DNA from: Mobula hypostoma
Taxonomy: Eukaryota
Direction of reading: 5' to 3'
Assembly (NCBI RefSeq): GCF_963921235.1
Contig: NC_086097.1
Coordinates: 146,260,001 to 146,324,000, forward strand
DNA: 64,000 bases
This document shows, one piece after another, positions 22,845-36,680 of the stretch. The notes below the pieces were generated by a model. It saw only the letters and a program-made list of their open reading frames with translations, ran no database searches and was not told the origin of the DNA. The translations under genes were made by a program, and so were the position numbers. Within the stretch, counting starts at the first letter, position 1. Every line of letters begins with the position of its first letter.

Positions 22845-24342
22845 AAACATAGAAACATAGAAAATAGGTGCAGGAGTAGGCCATTCGGCCCTTTGAGCCT
22901 GCACCACCATTCAGTATGATCATGGCTGATCATCCAACTCAGAACCCTGTACCTACCTTCTCTCCATACCCCGACCCCTTTATCCACAAGGGCCATATTT
23001 AACTCCCTCTTAAAGATAGCCAATGAATTGGCCTCAACTGTTTCCTGTGGCAGAGAATTCCACAGATTCACCACTCTCTGTGTGAAGAAGTTTTTCCTCA
23101 TCTCGGTCCTAAAAGGCTTCCCCTTTATCCTCAAACTGTGACCCATTGTTCTGGACTTCCCCAACATCGGGAACAATCTTCCTGCATCTAGCCTGTCCAA
23201 TCCCTTTAGAACTTTATGTGTTTCAATAAGATCTCACCTCAATCTTTTAAGTTCCAGAGAGTACAAGCCTAGTCGATCCAGTCTTTCATCATATGAAAGT
23301 CCTGCCATCCCAGGAATCAATCTGGAGAACCTTCTTTGTACTCCCTCTATAGCAAGAATGTCTTTCCTCAGATTAGGGGAGCAAAACTGCTTCCCAGGTG
23401 TGGTCTCACCAAGGCCTTGTACAACTGCAGTAGTACCTCCCTACTCCTGTACTCGAATCCTCTTGCTATGAATGCCAGCATACCATTCGCCTTTTTCACT
23501 GCCTGCTGTACCTGCATGCCCACTTTCAATGACTGGTGTTCAATGACACCCAGGTCTCCTTGCAGCTCCCCTTTTCCTAATCCGCCACCATTCAGATAAT
23601 AATCTGTTTTCCTGTTCTTGCCACCAAAGTGGATAACCTCACATTTACCCACGTTAAATTGCATCTGCCATGAATTTGCCCACTCACCTAACCTATCCAA
23701 GTCACCCTGAATCCTCTTAGTACCCTCCTCACAGCTAATACTGCCGCCCAGCTTCGTGTCATCCGCAAACTTGGAGATGCTGCATTTAATTCCCTCGTCT
23801 AAGTTATTAATATATATTGTAAACAACTGGGGTCCCAACACTGAGCCTTGTGGTACCCCACTAGTCACTGCCTGCCATTCTGAAAAGGTCCTGTTTATTC
23901 CCACTCCCACTCTTGGCTTCCTGTCTGCCAACCAATTCTCTATCCACATCAATACCATACCCCCAATACCGTGTGCTTTAAGTTTGCACACTAATCTCCT
24001 GTGTGGGACCTTGTCAAAAGCCTTTTGAAAATCCAAGTATACCACATCCACTGGTTCTCCCCTATCCACTCTACTAGTTACATCCTCAAAAAATTCTGAG
24101 ATTCGTCAGACATAATTTTCCTTTCACAAATTCATGCTGACTTTATCCAATGATTTCACCGCTTTCCAAATGTGCTGTTATCACATCTTTGATAACTGAC
24201 TCTAGCATTTTCCCCACCACCAATGTCAGGCTAACTGGTCTATAATTCCCCGGTTTCTCTCTCCCTCCTTTTTCAAAAAGCAGGGTTACATTAGCCACCC
24301 TCCAATCCTCAGGAACTATCCAGAATCTAAAGAGTTTTGAAA
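22845..24342 (-). mobile_element. Relatively young CR1 LINE, 5'-truncated, nested in an older CR1 remnant
   Basis: 233-aa RT ORF (YLDFQKAFDKV, GVPQGSVLGP, KFADDTKL); 3' octamer tail (CTATGTTT)n at ~22845-22862. Confidence 0.93.
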
Positions 24343-25106
24343 AAAGAAACTAATCCCATTGGTGAAGAGGTTGAGAACTGAGATCGAAGATCATTGATGA
24401 AAACAGGAAAGAACTGCAGCTTTCTTACTAAATGCAATTTACGGTGAGAAGTTAGAAAAACAATCCAAGAGTGTTGCAGGCAAAATCAACAGTGGTTTTC
24501 ATAAGTGAATTTAGTAAGTCCTTGAGAAAAAAGCTACAGGGAAAGGATGGGAGAGTGAAGCCTACTATATTGTCACTGCAGAGTCCTGATATGGACTCAA
24601 ATGACTGAATTGTATTCTTCTGAGCTGCCGTCTGTCTATGCTTCTACCTTTGTACAAATTCCAGTGGGTCAGAGCTTGGTGTAGGTACTCTTTTACATGT
24701 GTTTCATAACGGTTGTCAAATTTCTTTCCAAAATCACCCCAGTCCAAAATGGCAAAGCAATGCACAGGTGTAGAATTTTTCATGGTATAATGCCTTCACC
24801 ATGTTAGGCCACGACTCACCCTTCAGTGAAGCAGCTGGGAAAAAAGCCTGAATGCTGGTTTAGCCAACTGTTAATCTAGTCCAGGGCTAAGTGATTTTTA
24901 TGTCCCTGACATTATCCGGCATAGTGTGGACGTCCGATACAATTAAAACAAATCCACAAAGTAAAACAAAATATGCACAGGTTCAATAAACTTAACCGCT
25001 AAGAGTTCCAACAATTCACACTTCATTGTGAATTGTCTGATGTTGATGCACTTGGTAAACTTTGGCTGAGAGTTTGAGATTTCCGCATTCATGATAATTA
25101 TACTTA

Positions 25107-26080
25107 GGCTACGTCTACACTACGCCGGATAATTTTGAAAACGAAGCTTTTTCTCTTCATTTTGACCCTCCGTCCACACTAAAGCAGTGTTTTCATCCCC
25201 TGAAAATGGAGCTTTTCTAAAACACTCTGAGTGTGTAAATTCAAAAACAATTGTTGCGTGTTGTAGTGTGGATGGGGTAAACAGAGAGATTTAAAAACGC
25301 TGTCATGATAACACCACAACAACAATGCTTTTTCTGCTTCTGCTTGGTACTGCGCAATCACTGCCGGACGGCTGTTATAACGCGCAGTCGGTGTGAACGG
25401 TGTAAGAGTTAAATTGTAAAGTGAGCTTTTTTGACTATTTAAAAACGCTGTCATGACGTGCCGGAACAGATGGCCGCAGCGCGGCATTTCGTTGTTTTCT
25501 TGAACGCAACCCCCCACATAACCTAACAATTTCAGAACAGACGGAAACGAGACTGAAGCCAGAAGAGTTAGAAATGTACTCACCAAATACTTTGACCCAT
25601 AGCTTACTGAATAAATAAGTATACTCACTTTGCCCTGTTTTCTGTCCTTGCTTGTATGAAGGTGGTTTACTTATTTATGCAAGTACTTCTATGAGAATAG
25701 ATGGGTAACAGCCTAATGTAACATTGTATGGAAATACAAGATAACACTGATGCAGACATGTTTTATGCATTTAACAAGGTGCTTTATTAATGCAACAGAG
25801 TTAGTCAGTTTTTCAATGTTCGTCGTCAGCCGGGTCATACTGTCTGTGAACTTCCTGTCGGTTATCTCCATACCATTTGTTTTTTTTTAGTTTTAAGTCC
25901 TCCTGCGCGAGAGTCAAGAGCAATTCCTTTGAAGTTTTTCCACTCTGTAACTGGACAAATGCGCACTAAGTATACCGTTTCCTCATCACTTGTTTTCTGT
26001 GTGTCCTGCACGTGCCCAGTAGAGGAGATTCACCCAAATAGCCATGTTAGTGTGGACAGAGGTATTTTGAAAAACGCTGA
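25107..26080. mobile_element. Non-autonomous PIF/Harbinger DNA transposon, right terminus missing
   Basis: TTA|GGCTACGTCTACACTACGCCGGATAAT left TIR, subterminal GTCCACACTA / TAGTGTGGA motifs, minus-strand coding remnant ELLLTLAQEDLKLKK...DSMTRLTTNIEKLTNS. Confidence 0.7.
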
Positions 26081-26371
26081 AAGCTAGTACTTTACCATCT
26101 ACTAGCCTTTTCAGACGTACAGAATTAGTATACTTCTAATGCTAGAGAGGTTCCTAAGTAATAGTTTCTGTCTGTTGTTCCAATATAAATTGACACAAAT
26201 CATGAAGAAAAAGTGGCACACTAGTGTAGATAAAAGAGCCGTGTCTCCAACTCTAATCACCCAGGTCAACTTTGATTTCCAGTGCCATCTATGTGAAATT
26301 AGCATCTTCCGGTGGCTGCATGTTTCCTATGAGTGGTTTGGCTTCCTCTCAATTTTCAAAAGTGTGTTGTA

Positions 26372-29300
26372 GAGTCATATGCTCTTCGGTCCATCTAGTC
26401 TGTGCTGAACCATTAATATGCCTAGTCCTATTGATCTGTACCTAGACCATAGCCCTCCATATCTATCCCATCCATATACCCATCCAAATTTCTCTTAAAA
26501 GTTGAAATCAACACTGCATCTACTATTTACACTGGCAGCTTGTTCCACACTCTCACCATCCACTAAAAGAAGTTCCCCTAAAACCTTTCACCCTTAACCC
26601 ATGACTTCTAGTTGTAGTCTCACCCAACCTCAGTGGAAAAAGCTTGCTCACATTTACCCTATCTATACTCCTTATGATTTTGTATACATCTATGAAATCT
26701 CCCCTCAATTTTCTACATTCTATGAAATAAAGTCCTAAGCTAATCAATCTTTCCTGGTAACTCAGGTCCTCAAATCCTGGCAAATTCCTTGGAAATTTTC
26801 ACTACACTCTTTCAATCTTGTTACATCTTTCCTGTACGTGGGTAACCAAAGCTGCACAGAATACTCAGAATTAGGCCTCACTAATGCCTTATCCAACCAC
26901 AACATAACATCCCAACTCCTGTACTCAGTACTTTGATTTATGAAGGCCAATTGCCAAAAGCTTTCTTTACAACCTTATCTAACTGTGACACCACTTTTAA
27001 AGAATTATGGATCTGTATTCCCAGATCTCTTTGTTTTACCACACTCCTCAGTGCCCTGCCACTCTCTGTGAAAGACCTATCCTAGTTGGTCCTCCCAAAG
27101 AGCAACACCTCTCACTGGTCTGCATTCAATTCTAATTGCCATTTTCAACCCATTTTTCCAGCTGGTCCAATCCCACAGGGAGCTTTGAGAGTCTTCCTTG
27201 CTGTCCACTACACTCCCAGTCTTGGTGCCACCCACAAATTTGCTGGTTCAGTTTACCACATTATCATCCCTATCAAACAACAACAGACCCGGCACCAATC
27301 CCTGCGACGCATCACTAGTCACAGGCCTCCAGTCAGAGAGGCAACCACCTACTACGACTTTATGACTTCTCCTGCAAAGCCAATGTCCAATCCAATTTAT
27401 TACCTCATCACAAATGCCGAGTGACTGAACCTCCTCGACTAACCTCCCATTTGGGATTTTGTCAAATGCCTTACTGAAGTCCACGTATACAATATCCACT
27501 ACCTTGCCTTCATCCACTTTCCTGGTAACGTCCTCAAAAAACTATACAAGATTGGTTAGACCTGACCTACCACACACGAAGACATGCTGACTTACATAAT
27601 CAGCCTATAGTTTCCCGGTACATTTTTAGAGCCTTTCTTGACCAGTGGAACAGCATTGGCTATCCTCCAAACCTCTGGCACTTCACCTGTTCCTGAGGAT
27701 GATTTAAATATCTCAGCTAGGGTCTCAGTGATTTCTGCACTGCCTCCCATAGGGTCTGAGGGAACAACTTGTCAGGCCCTGGGGATTTATCCACCCTAAT
27801 TTGCCTCAGGACTGCAAACACCTCCTCCTCCATAAACTGTACAGGGTCAGTGAGGTTGATGCTGCTTTGCTTCACTTCTATAGACTCTGTGTCCATCTCC
27901 TGAGTAAATACAGATGCAAAGAATATATTTACAATCTCCCCCATCTCTTTTGGCTGCACATATGGATTACTATTCGAATCTTCCAGTGGATCAATTATGT
28001 CCCTTGCTATCAGTTTGCTCTTAATATATCAGTAGATGGCCTTAGGATTCTCCTTTACCTTGTCTGCTAGAGCAACCTCACATCTTCTTTTAGCCCTCCT
28101 GATTTCCTTCATAACTGTTTGCTTGCATTTCATATACCAAGTACCTCATTTGTTCTTGTCTGCCTATACCTGCTATTCACCTCCTCCTTCTTCTTAACCA
28201 CAGCCTCAAAAACCAAGGTTCTCTAAAGCTGTTATCCTTGCCTTTCATTCTGACAGGAACATACAAACTCTGTACTCTTAAAATTTCACTTTCGAAGGTC
28301 TACCACCTACCAAATACACCTTTGCCAGCAAACAACCTGTCCCAATCCACACTTGCCAGATCCTTTCTGATACCATGAAATTTGGCCTTTCTCCAATTTA
28401 GAATCTTAAACTGAGGGTCAGACCTATCCTTTTCCATAAATACCTTGAAACTAATAGCATTATGATTACTAGATTTAATGTTCACCTACACAAACCTCTG
28501 TCACCTGTCCTATCTCATACCCTAATAGGATATCAATGATCTAATTGCAACTTCTATGTACTGTTTAAGGAAACTTTCCTGAACAATTTCCCATCCAGCC
28601 CTTACAGTATGGAAGTATCAGTCAGTATATGGAAAGGTAAAATTACCTACTATCACAACCTTATGTTTTTTTTGCAACAGATTTGCTCTACAAATTTGCT
28701 CTTCTAAATCCTGTGGACTGTTGGGTGGTTGAAATATAATCCCATTAACATGGTTGTACCTTTTTTATTCCTCAGTTCTACCCATAAATCCTCAGTAGGT
28801 GAGCTCTCCAGACTATCCTGACCGACCACTGCTGTGACATTTTCCCTCACTAGTAATGCCACCCCTCCTTGAACCCCTCCCACTCTATCATGTCTAAAAC
28901 AACGGAACCCCAGAACATTGAGCTGCCAGTCCTGCCCCTCCTGCAGCCAAGTCTCACTAATGGCTGCAATGTCATAATTCCAGGTGCTGTTCCATGCTCT
29001 GAACTCATGTGCCTTTCCTACAATACTCCTTGCATTGAAATATACGCAGTGCAGAGCATCAGCCCCACCATGCTCACCCTTTTGTTTTCTGACTTTGTAT
29101 GTAGGCTTAGCAATATCTGTCTCCACAAGCCCACCACTATCTGTTCTGGCACTGGTTCCCACCCCCTGCAACTCCTCCCCATGCAGCACTAGCAAACCTA
29201 TTAGACCCCTTCTAGTTCAGGTCCACCTTCCCTGGAAAAAAGTAGAATGATCCAAAACTCTGAAGCCCGCCCTCCTGTGCCATCTCCTTAGGCACTTGTA

Positions 29301-30300
29301 TGATCTTCCTATTTTTGACCTCACTAGCACGTGGCATAGGTAGCAATCCTGAGATTATAACCCTGGAGGTCCTGACCTTTAAGTTAGCACCTAACTCCAT
29401 GAACTCACTTTGCAGGACCTTGTCTCCCCTCCTACCCATGTCATTGATACCGACATGGACCACAACCTCTGGTTGCTCACTCTCCCAATTAAGAAAGCTG
29501 TGGACTTGATCCAAGCTATCCCTGACCCTGGGCACTTGGGAGGCATCTTGTTCTCATCCACAGAACATTCTTTCTGTTGCTCTAACCAAGGAATCCCCTA
29601 TCACTACAGCTCAATTCTTCCCCCTGCTTCCCTTTTGAGCCATGTGGTAAGTCAGACTCAGTGCCAGAGACCTGACCACTTGGCTTTCCTCTGCTAAGTC
29701 ATCTCCACCCCTCCCCCAACAGCTTCAAAGTGGTATACCTGTTGTTGAAGGGATCGGTCGCAGGGGTACTCTGCACTGGTTGCCTATCCCCTTTCCCTAA
29801 GTCACCCAGTTATGCGTGTTGCACTTGGGTGTGACTACTTCCCTGTCTGTCCTGTCAATCAACCACTCAGCCTTCCGAATGACTGGGAGTTCATCCAGTT
29901 CCAACTCCAACTCATTAATATGGTCTGTTTGAAGCTGTAGCTGGATGCATTTTTTGCATGTGTAGTCCTCACACTGGAGGTCTCCCTGCCTTCCCACATC
30001 TCACAAGAGGAGCGTTGCATTATCTTGTCTGGCATCCCCACTGCTCTAAATGAAAGGAAGAAAGGAAGAAAAAGTAACAAAAAAAAATCTGCCTACAGCT
30101 TGCGTCTCTGCTCGCCAAAGCCTCAACTCCCAACTCTAACACTTGCCCACTCACACAATGACCAGTCCGTGTAAACCTGACTTTTTATTAGACTCTGCCA
30201 AGTACCTAATTATGTGCAATCCGATAGCTCCTCAGGAACTGCGGTTCATAAGAATGTGTGAATGCCCCTATTCACTTCTTTTAAACACTATGTAATCCGA
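26372..30300 (-). mobile_element. Near full-length degenerate CR1 LINE (5'UTR, ORF1 zinc-finger/SGNH esterase, ORF2 APE+RT)
   Basis: DYTCKKCIQLQL..INELELELDEL; VVVHVGINDMG...VIISGLLP; YFNARSI...ISETWL (APE); DFSKAFDK; LVRPNSEYSVQLW. Confidence 0.9.
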
Positions 30301-30899
30301 TGTCTCCTTTAGTTACAGTGCTGTGAAAAATGTGCCGACCGTCCATTTGGGTAGGTTAATTGGTGGTTTATGAGAATGTGAGGACAGATTACAAGAATAA
30401 TTAGTGGTAGAAGAATGAAATTGTTGCCAGTTAGCAGAGACTTGGAGAGGCCAAATGGCACCTTCCTACAACACTGCAATGGAATTTTCTCAGGTCAGCA
30501 CAAAAATATTTCAAGTTCTGATTTAGTGATTTTTGGAGTTTATAATGAAGATTGTATTAGTTGTGCTGTATTTCAGTGTCAGTGTATATCAATAGCTTTG
30601 TCATTACAGTTGGAAATACGGTCTGTTTTCCTTGAGATATTGGAATTGGTCTTTTATTTTTTAAAAAATCACCATTCTCATATTCACTTGTGTCTTCATC
30701 TAATATATACCTTGCCCTTTGTATTTTCCATTCTTAGTTTACTCACCCACAATAGCTAGCTTGCTCCCCCTCTCATTCTTAATAAATGTGCTTCTTTTGA
30801 ATGAGAATTAATTCCATTTTAAAGTTTTCTGGTTTTTGTCTTTGTTACCCCCACCATTACTTTCCCTTTTGAAATGCCTTTTCCAAATCCACAATCAGC

Positions 30900-31400
30900 A
30901 GTTGAGAGTCAGCAAATTTTAAGTTCCTGGGACCTGCACACAAATGTAATTTTCAGGAAAGCGCTCTAGCATCTCCAGGGACTTATGAGGTTTGGCTTGT
31001 CATTGAATACTCCACAGACTTCTACAGATGTACTGTTAAAAGTACCTTGATTGGTTACATCATAGTAAGTACAGCAAATTAAATGTGTCAGTAGTTGCAG
31101 AGTGGTGGACTCTGAAAGTACATCCTGGGCATACAACTCCCCACCACTAGTATCGTGAGGCTCTGCTTCAAGGCAGCAACATCTTTCATCAAAAAACTTC
31201 ACCATCCAGGCTATGCCATCTTCTCACAGCTATAATTGGGCAGAAGGTACAGAAACCTCGAGTCCCACAACACCAGGTTTCAGAACAGCTACTTTCCTTC
31301 AACCATTCAGTTATTGAAACAGCCAGCAAAAACTCAGTCACGACAGTTTAGAAAAAACATGAAACTCTGATCACATTAAAATGGGCCATTTCTGTTCTAA
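30900..31400 (+). mobile_element. REX1-type LINE 3' fragment
   Basis: Similar to the 33205-33710 and 45910-46850 copies. Confidence 0.6.
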
Positions 31401-31411
31401 TTGTGTTCTTT

Positions 31412-32182
31412 CAGGTAAAATGGTCATGCACTTTGGTAGTAGAAATAAATGTGTGGACTATTTTCTAAACAGGGAGAAAATCCAGGAATCTGAGATGCAG
31501 AGGGACTTGGGAGTCCTTGTGCAGAACATACTGAAGGTTAACTTGCAGGTTGAGTCGGTGGTGAAGGCGGCAAATGCCATGTTGGCACTCATTTCAAGAA
31601 GTCTGGAATACAAAAGCAAGGATATGATGCTGAGGCTTTATAAGACTTTGGTGAGGTCTCACCTTGAGTATTGAGTTTTGGGCCCCTCATCTTAGAAAAG
31701 ATGTGCTGGCATTGGGGAGGGTCCAGAGGAGGTGCACAAGGCCAATTCCAGGAATGAAATGGTGATATGAGTCTGTACTCGCTGGAATTCAGAAGGATGA
31801 GGAGGGATCTCATTGAGGCCACATGTTGAAAGGCCTAGACAGTAGATATGGAAATGATATTTCCCATGCTGGAAGCCTCAGAAAAGAGCGCACATCCTCA
31901 GGACAGCAGGGTGCCCTTTCAAAACAGAGATGTGGAAAAATTTCTTTAGCCAAAGGGTGGTGAATTTGTGGCCACACGCAGCTGTGGAAGCCAAGTCATT
32001 GAGTGTATTTAAGGCAGAGATTGATAGGTTCTTGATTGGACATGGCATCAAAGGTTATGGGGAAAAGGCCAGGAACTGGGGTTGAGGAGGAGATTAAAAA
32101 TAAAGGATCAGCCATGATTGAATGCTGGAGCAGACTCAATGGGCCAGATGGCCTAATTCTGCTCCTATGTCTTATGGTCTAA
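31412..32182 (+). mobile_element. CR1 LINE 3' fragment
   Basis: MHFGSRN...QRDLGVLV...LYKTLVRSHLEY; 3' end tcctatgtcttatggtct. Confidence 0.88.
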
Positions 32183-33204
32183 AAATTGTGAAATAATTTG
32201 TTTTTGTGAATGAAGCTCATGCGTTTTGTGCCTCTGATGCTGGTGGAAGTTCTTCATTGCACCTGTGCATAATATACTTATGCACATGACAATAGATTCA
32301 ACTTTACTTTGTTAATTTTGTCATCTTCAATCTTTACTTTGTCTGCAACTTCACTTGTTTTCTTGCCATTTGTGTTAACCTTCTGTTCCTTTTGCTGATT
32401 ACTTTCCTGATTATAATAACTGCCCCCTCCTGATGTTAATCAATTAGACTTTAAAACCCTAGCCTCCCCTTTCACTGACATTTTATAACAGAATATTACA
32501 GCATAGGAGCAGACCCTTCAATCCACAATGGTCTGTCAAAATAAATTAATCATCAAATGGCCAACTCATCTAATCCTTTCTGCATATACAATGTCCAGAT
32601 CCTTCCATTTTCCTGACAAGAGTGTGATCCTAGGACATCAGATGCAGCCCATTCCAATAGCAGTTTCTCAGTATCGCATGAATAAATGCTCACTGTATTG
32701 ACTTCCCTAACCTGTGCCCAAAAAACAAGTTGGCAAAACTCTTGATCTCTGTATTTCTTTGACAGGCCTTCTTTTCTAGTTATTCAGATGTGAAAATAGG
32801 ATGTAAATCTCCATCCTTTTCATTCTAGAACCTCACCCTACACCACTTAAACCAAATATCCCTCAGAAATAAAAAAAATCTGACCTGAAATATTAAATAG
32901 TTCCACCCCACCAAACAAAATCATTTCAACTACTCACAATTGTTTATTGTTATATGTAATTGCAATAATGTCCATCAGTTGATTGAAATTGGTGTTCAGG
33001 AGGCTTCGCATTATCAAACTGGTATAGTTAAGGCGGCCAGGTTTCCTTGGATACTAAGAGTACTAGCCCTAAAAGAAAATTATAGATTTTGAGTTTAAAA
33101 ACTGAACTAAGATTGACAAGAGACGTCTCACAGAAGTTTCCATCAGATGATAACCTTCTTACAAAGAAAGATCTAAGAAATAACGAATGGAAATAGATTC
33201 AAAA

Positions 33205-33710
33205 TGCATCTTCAGAAAGGATTTAAAGAAAATTCAGAACGAGTCATCAGAGTACAATAAATTTCTATAAATGTATAATGGAAAACATTGACAGGTTATG
33301 TCACAGCCTGGTATGGAAACACCAAAGCACAGATATCCAAGAGGCCGGAGAATGGTGGCCTCAGCCAGTTTCTTCAGATACAACTCTTCTCACAAATCAG
33401 AACATCTGTAAGAGGTGATGTCTCAGGAAGGCAACATTTATCTTAAGACCCTCACGATTCCAGCCATGATCAATCAGAAAGGAGGTATGGGAGCCTCAAG
33501 ACCCTCACCTCAAGGCTTATCAACAGCTTCTTCCCCACTATCATCAAGTTCTTGAATCATGCCAAACAACCCTAATATTACCTCCAATTTCTTCTCTCTT
33601 TCAAACTTAGTTTTGTTAGTTTGCACATGCACATGTATAATTTATGTTAACTGAAGTTTGTTGACATTGTCATCCTCTCGCATTGTGCTGCTAACACTTA
33701 TGAAAATAAA
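33205..33710 (+). mobile_element. REX1-type LINE 3' fragment
   Basis: Decayed NFY.C.ME..LTGYVTAWYGN motif. Confidence 0.6.
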
Positions 33711-34395
33711 CTTCATCATTAACCCAAAAGAAAACATTCATTTTTGTTTACCCAAGAGTGGGATTAGTGAACCTTTTGGAATGATTTCAATTCACACGGC
33801 AAAAGTGCCTGTGAAACCATATTTTAAAAGCTTAGACATAGATGGGTAACGTCAAAAAATTAAGAACATCATGAAAAAGGATTTAGTGCTTTCCTGGCAT
33901 ATATGAAAATTAAACCCTTCTTGGGCTTCGAGCCATACCCCAACATCATCCCTGGAGAAGATGGCAGTTTGTCATTGAAAAGTTGGTTATAATTGATACC
34001 TGCACCCAGCTGGAAACCAGAGAAGAGTTTATTCGTAAGAGTATCATGGTTTAAGACTAATGCAATTTTCTTGATGATTTCTTCCTTTGTATCTTTTGCT
34101 ACATTCAAGAGTGTACTACAGGAGAAAATAATTGTACTTTCTTGGAAGGAAGGAGAGGCATGTCCAGTAGTAGACACAGAAATCCAAGATATTGTTTGCT
34201 CTTGACTATTTCAGATATTGCTTCTTACTCTGATCAAATAGATACCCAAAGTGGAAAATGATTTTGAACATACTAAAGAGCTTGATTAAAAAAAACTCAA
34301 GATCATACAAAGACTATTTTTATTTTGCTCCAGAAATAAATTTCTAGCAATAGTCAAATTCTAGACTTAATTCAAGAATGTCATACAAAAATTAC

Positions 34396-34630
34396 AGCAG
34401 TGTGGCACTTAGCATAACACTTTTAGCCAGCGATCAGATTAGGGTTCAATTCCCACTACTGTGTTTGAGGGGTTTGTATGTTCTTCCCATTACCTCTGGG
34501 TGCTCCGGTTTCCCAATACATTGCAAAAAATGTTTGCATAAAGGTTAGTAAGTTGCAGCACGCTATCCTGGCGCTGGATACATGATGACACTTGTAAACC
34601 ACCCTCAGCACATCCTCGGACCGTTTGTCA
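34396..34630 (+). mobile_element. tRNA-derived SINE
   Basis: B-box-like GGGTTCAATTCCC followed by tttgtatgttcttccc...gggtgctccggtttccc core; reverse copies at ~43700-43910, 45590-45900 and 51190-51550. Confidence 0.65.
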
Positions 34631-34999
34631 CATGTACATCAAAACATAGTGAAATATGTCAAAGTTAATCTTTTCTATTTCTCCATTTCTGGAAGTAGGT
34701 GTTGACAAGCTTATATCTTTATCAAGCCTTGTGCTATGTTCGGCTCTGCATGGGTAATAAATAACATGTTGATGCCAGAACGTATGACGACACTTGTGGG
34801 CTGCTGCTAACATATCCTCAGACTATGTTGGTTATAAATGCAAATAACACATTTCACTGCATGTTTTGATATACACTTAGTGGCTACTTTATTAAGTACC
34901 TCCTTTACCTAATAAAATGGCCATCGATCTTTGTCTGCTGCTGCTGTAGCCCATTCATTTCAAGGTTCAATATGCTGTGCTTAAAGATGCTCTTCCATT

Positions 35000-36680
35000 G
35001 TTTAAAAAAAGGCTCGAAACATAAACCAGGAAATTATAGGCTAGTGAGTCTGACATCAATTGTGGGAAAGTTATTGTAAGATATTCTAAGGGATCGGATA
35101 TATAAGTAAATTTGGATAGACATGATTAAGGATAGTCAGAATGGACATGTGTGTGTCTAACCAATCAGAGTTTTTTGAGGAAGTTACCAAGAAAGTGGAT
35201 GAAGGAAGGCAGTGGATGTTGTCTACATCGACATTAGCAAGGCAGTTGACAAAGTCCAACATGGGCAGCTGGTCAAAAAGGTTCAGTCGCTTGGCATTCA
35301 AGAGGAGGTAACAAACTGGATTCAACATTGGCTTCGCGGGAGAAGCCAGAAAGTGGTAGCAGAGGGTTTTTTCTCTAACTGGAGGCCTGTGACTAGTGGT
35401 ATGCCACAGGGATCGGTGCTGGGTGTTGTGTCTGTTGTTGTTTATCATCTGTATCAATGATCTGAATGATAATGTGGTGAAATGGATCAGCAAATTTGCA
35501 GATGACACTGAGATGACAATGTAATGAACAGCAAAGGCGGCTATCACGGCTTACAAATGAAATTTAAAGCAGACAAGTATGAGATATTGCACTTTGGTAG
35601 GACCAACCAGGATAAGTCTTACACAGTGAATGGTAGGGCACACTAGTGCAGTACTGTGGAAATATCTACACCACTCTCTTTTATGGATGAATATTAAACC
35701 AAGGTCTCATTTTACTCTCTTAGGTGAAAGCAAAAGATCTCATGGCAAAAATCAGAGTGGGGTGCAAATCTGGTATTCACTATAACACTAAAGATAATTG
35801 CATTTATATTTATGTAAGCTTGCTGCATATAAACTGGCTACTGTATTTACTAATAATAACTAACTACAAGTCAAAAGTACTCCAATGGGCTACACAAAAA
35901 CTTGAGACATAGACGTGAGGTGTTGCAAGACAGTACACTGGTAAGGGCACAGTCCTTAAGTGTTGCTGAGCAGAGAGATTTTGGGATCCAAGGTCATAGT
36001 TCTTTGAAAGTGTCTACAGTGGTTGATAAGGTGATTCAGAAGCTTTTTGGAATGCTTGTTTTTATTGGTCAAGGTATTGAGTTCAAAAGTCAGCAGTTAT
36101 ATTGCAACTTTATAAAATCGGTTAGGACACACCTGGATTATTACATACAGTTTTTGTTGTCTCACTTTAAGGATGTTGAGGCTTTGGAGAGGGTGCAGAA
36201 AAGGTTTAGCAGGATGCTGCCTGGTTTCGAGGGCATGTGCTATCAGGAAAGGCTGGATAAACTTGGGTTGTCTTCTCTGGAGTGTCAGAAGTGGGAGGGG
36301 GGGGGTCCGTGTGGAATCCAATGGATGTTTACAAGATAATGAGAGGCATAAATAGAGTGAATAGCAGTATCTGTTTCCCAGGGTTGAAATGTGTAATACC
36401 AAAGGGCATGCATTGAAGGTGAGAGGGGGTAGGTCCAGAGGGATATTGGGTACAAGTTTGTGTTTTTTTTAAAAACGCAGTTGTGGATGCCTAGAATATG
36501 CTGCCTGGTATGGTGGTAGAGGCAAATAAATTAGAGGCTTTTAAGAGATGTTTGGATAGGCACATAGATGTAAGGAAGATGGAGGGATATGGACATGGTG
36601 CAGGTAGGAGGGATTAATGTTTGGGCATTTTTGATTTGCTTTTTTTTTTTAAGATGGTTCAGTACAACACTGTGGGCCGA
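35000..36680 (+). mobile_element. CR1 LINE fragments (35000-35640 and 35910-36680)
   Basis: DVVYIDISKAVDKV, SGMPQGSVLG, VRTHLDYYIQF...LERVQKRF. Confidence 0.82.

Noticed and set aside
23368..24069. Reverse transcriptase ORFs as a retron, DGR or other novel RT system
   Set aside because: Motifs and 3' tails are ordinary vertebrate CR1/REX1/RTE LINEs
34396..34460. tRNA gene
   Set aside because: Only a B-box-like motif, followed by a SINE body repeated elsewhere; no cloverleaf
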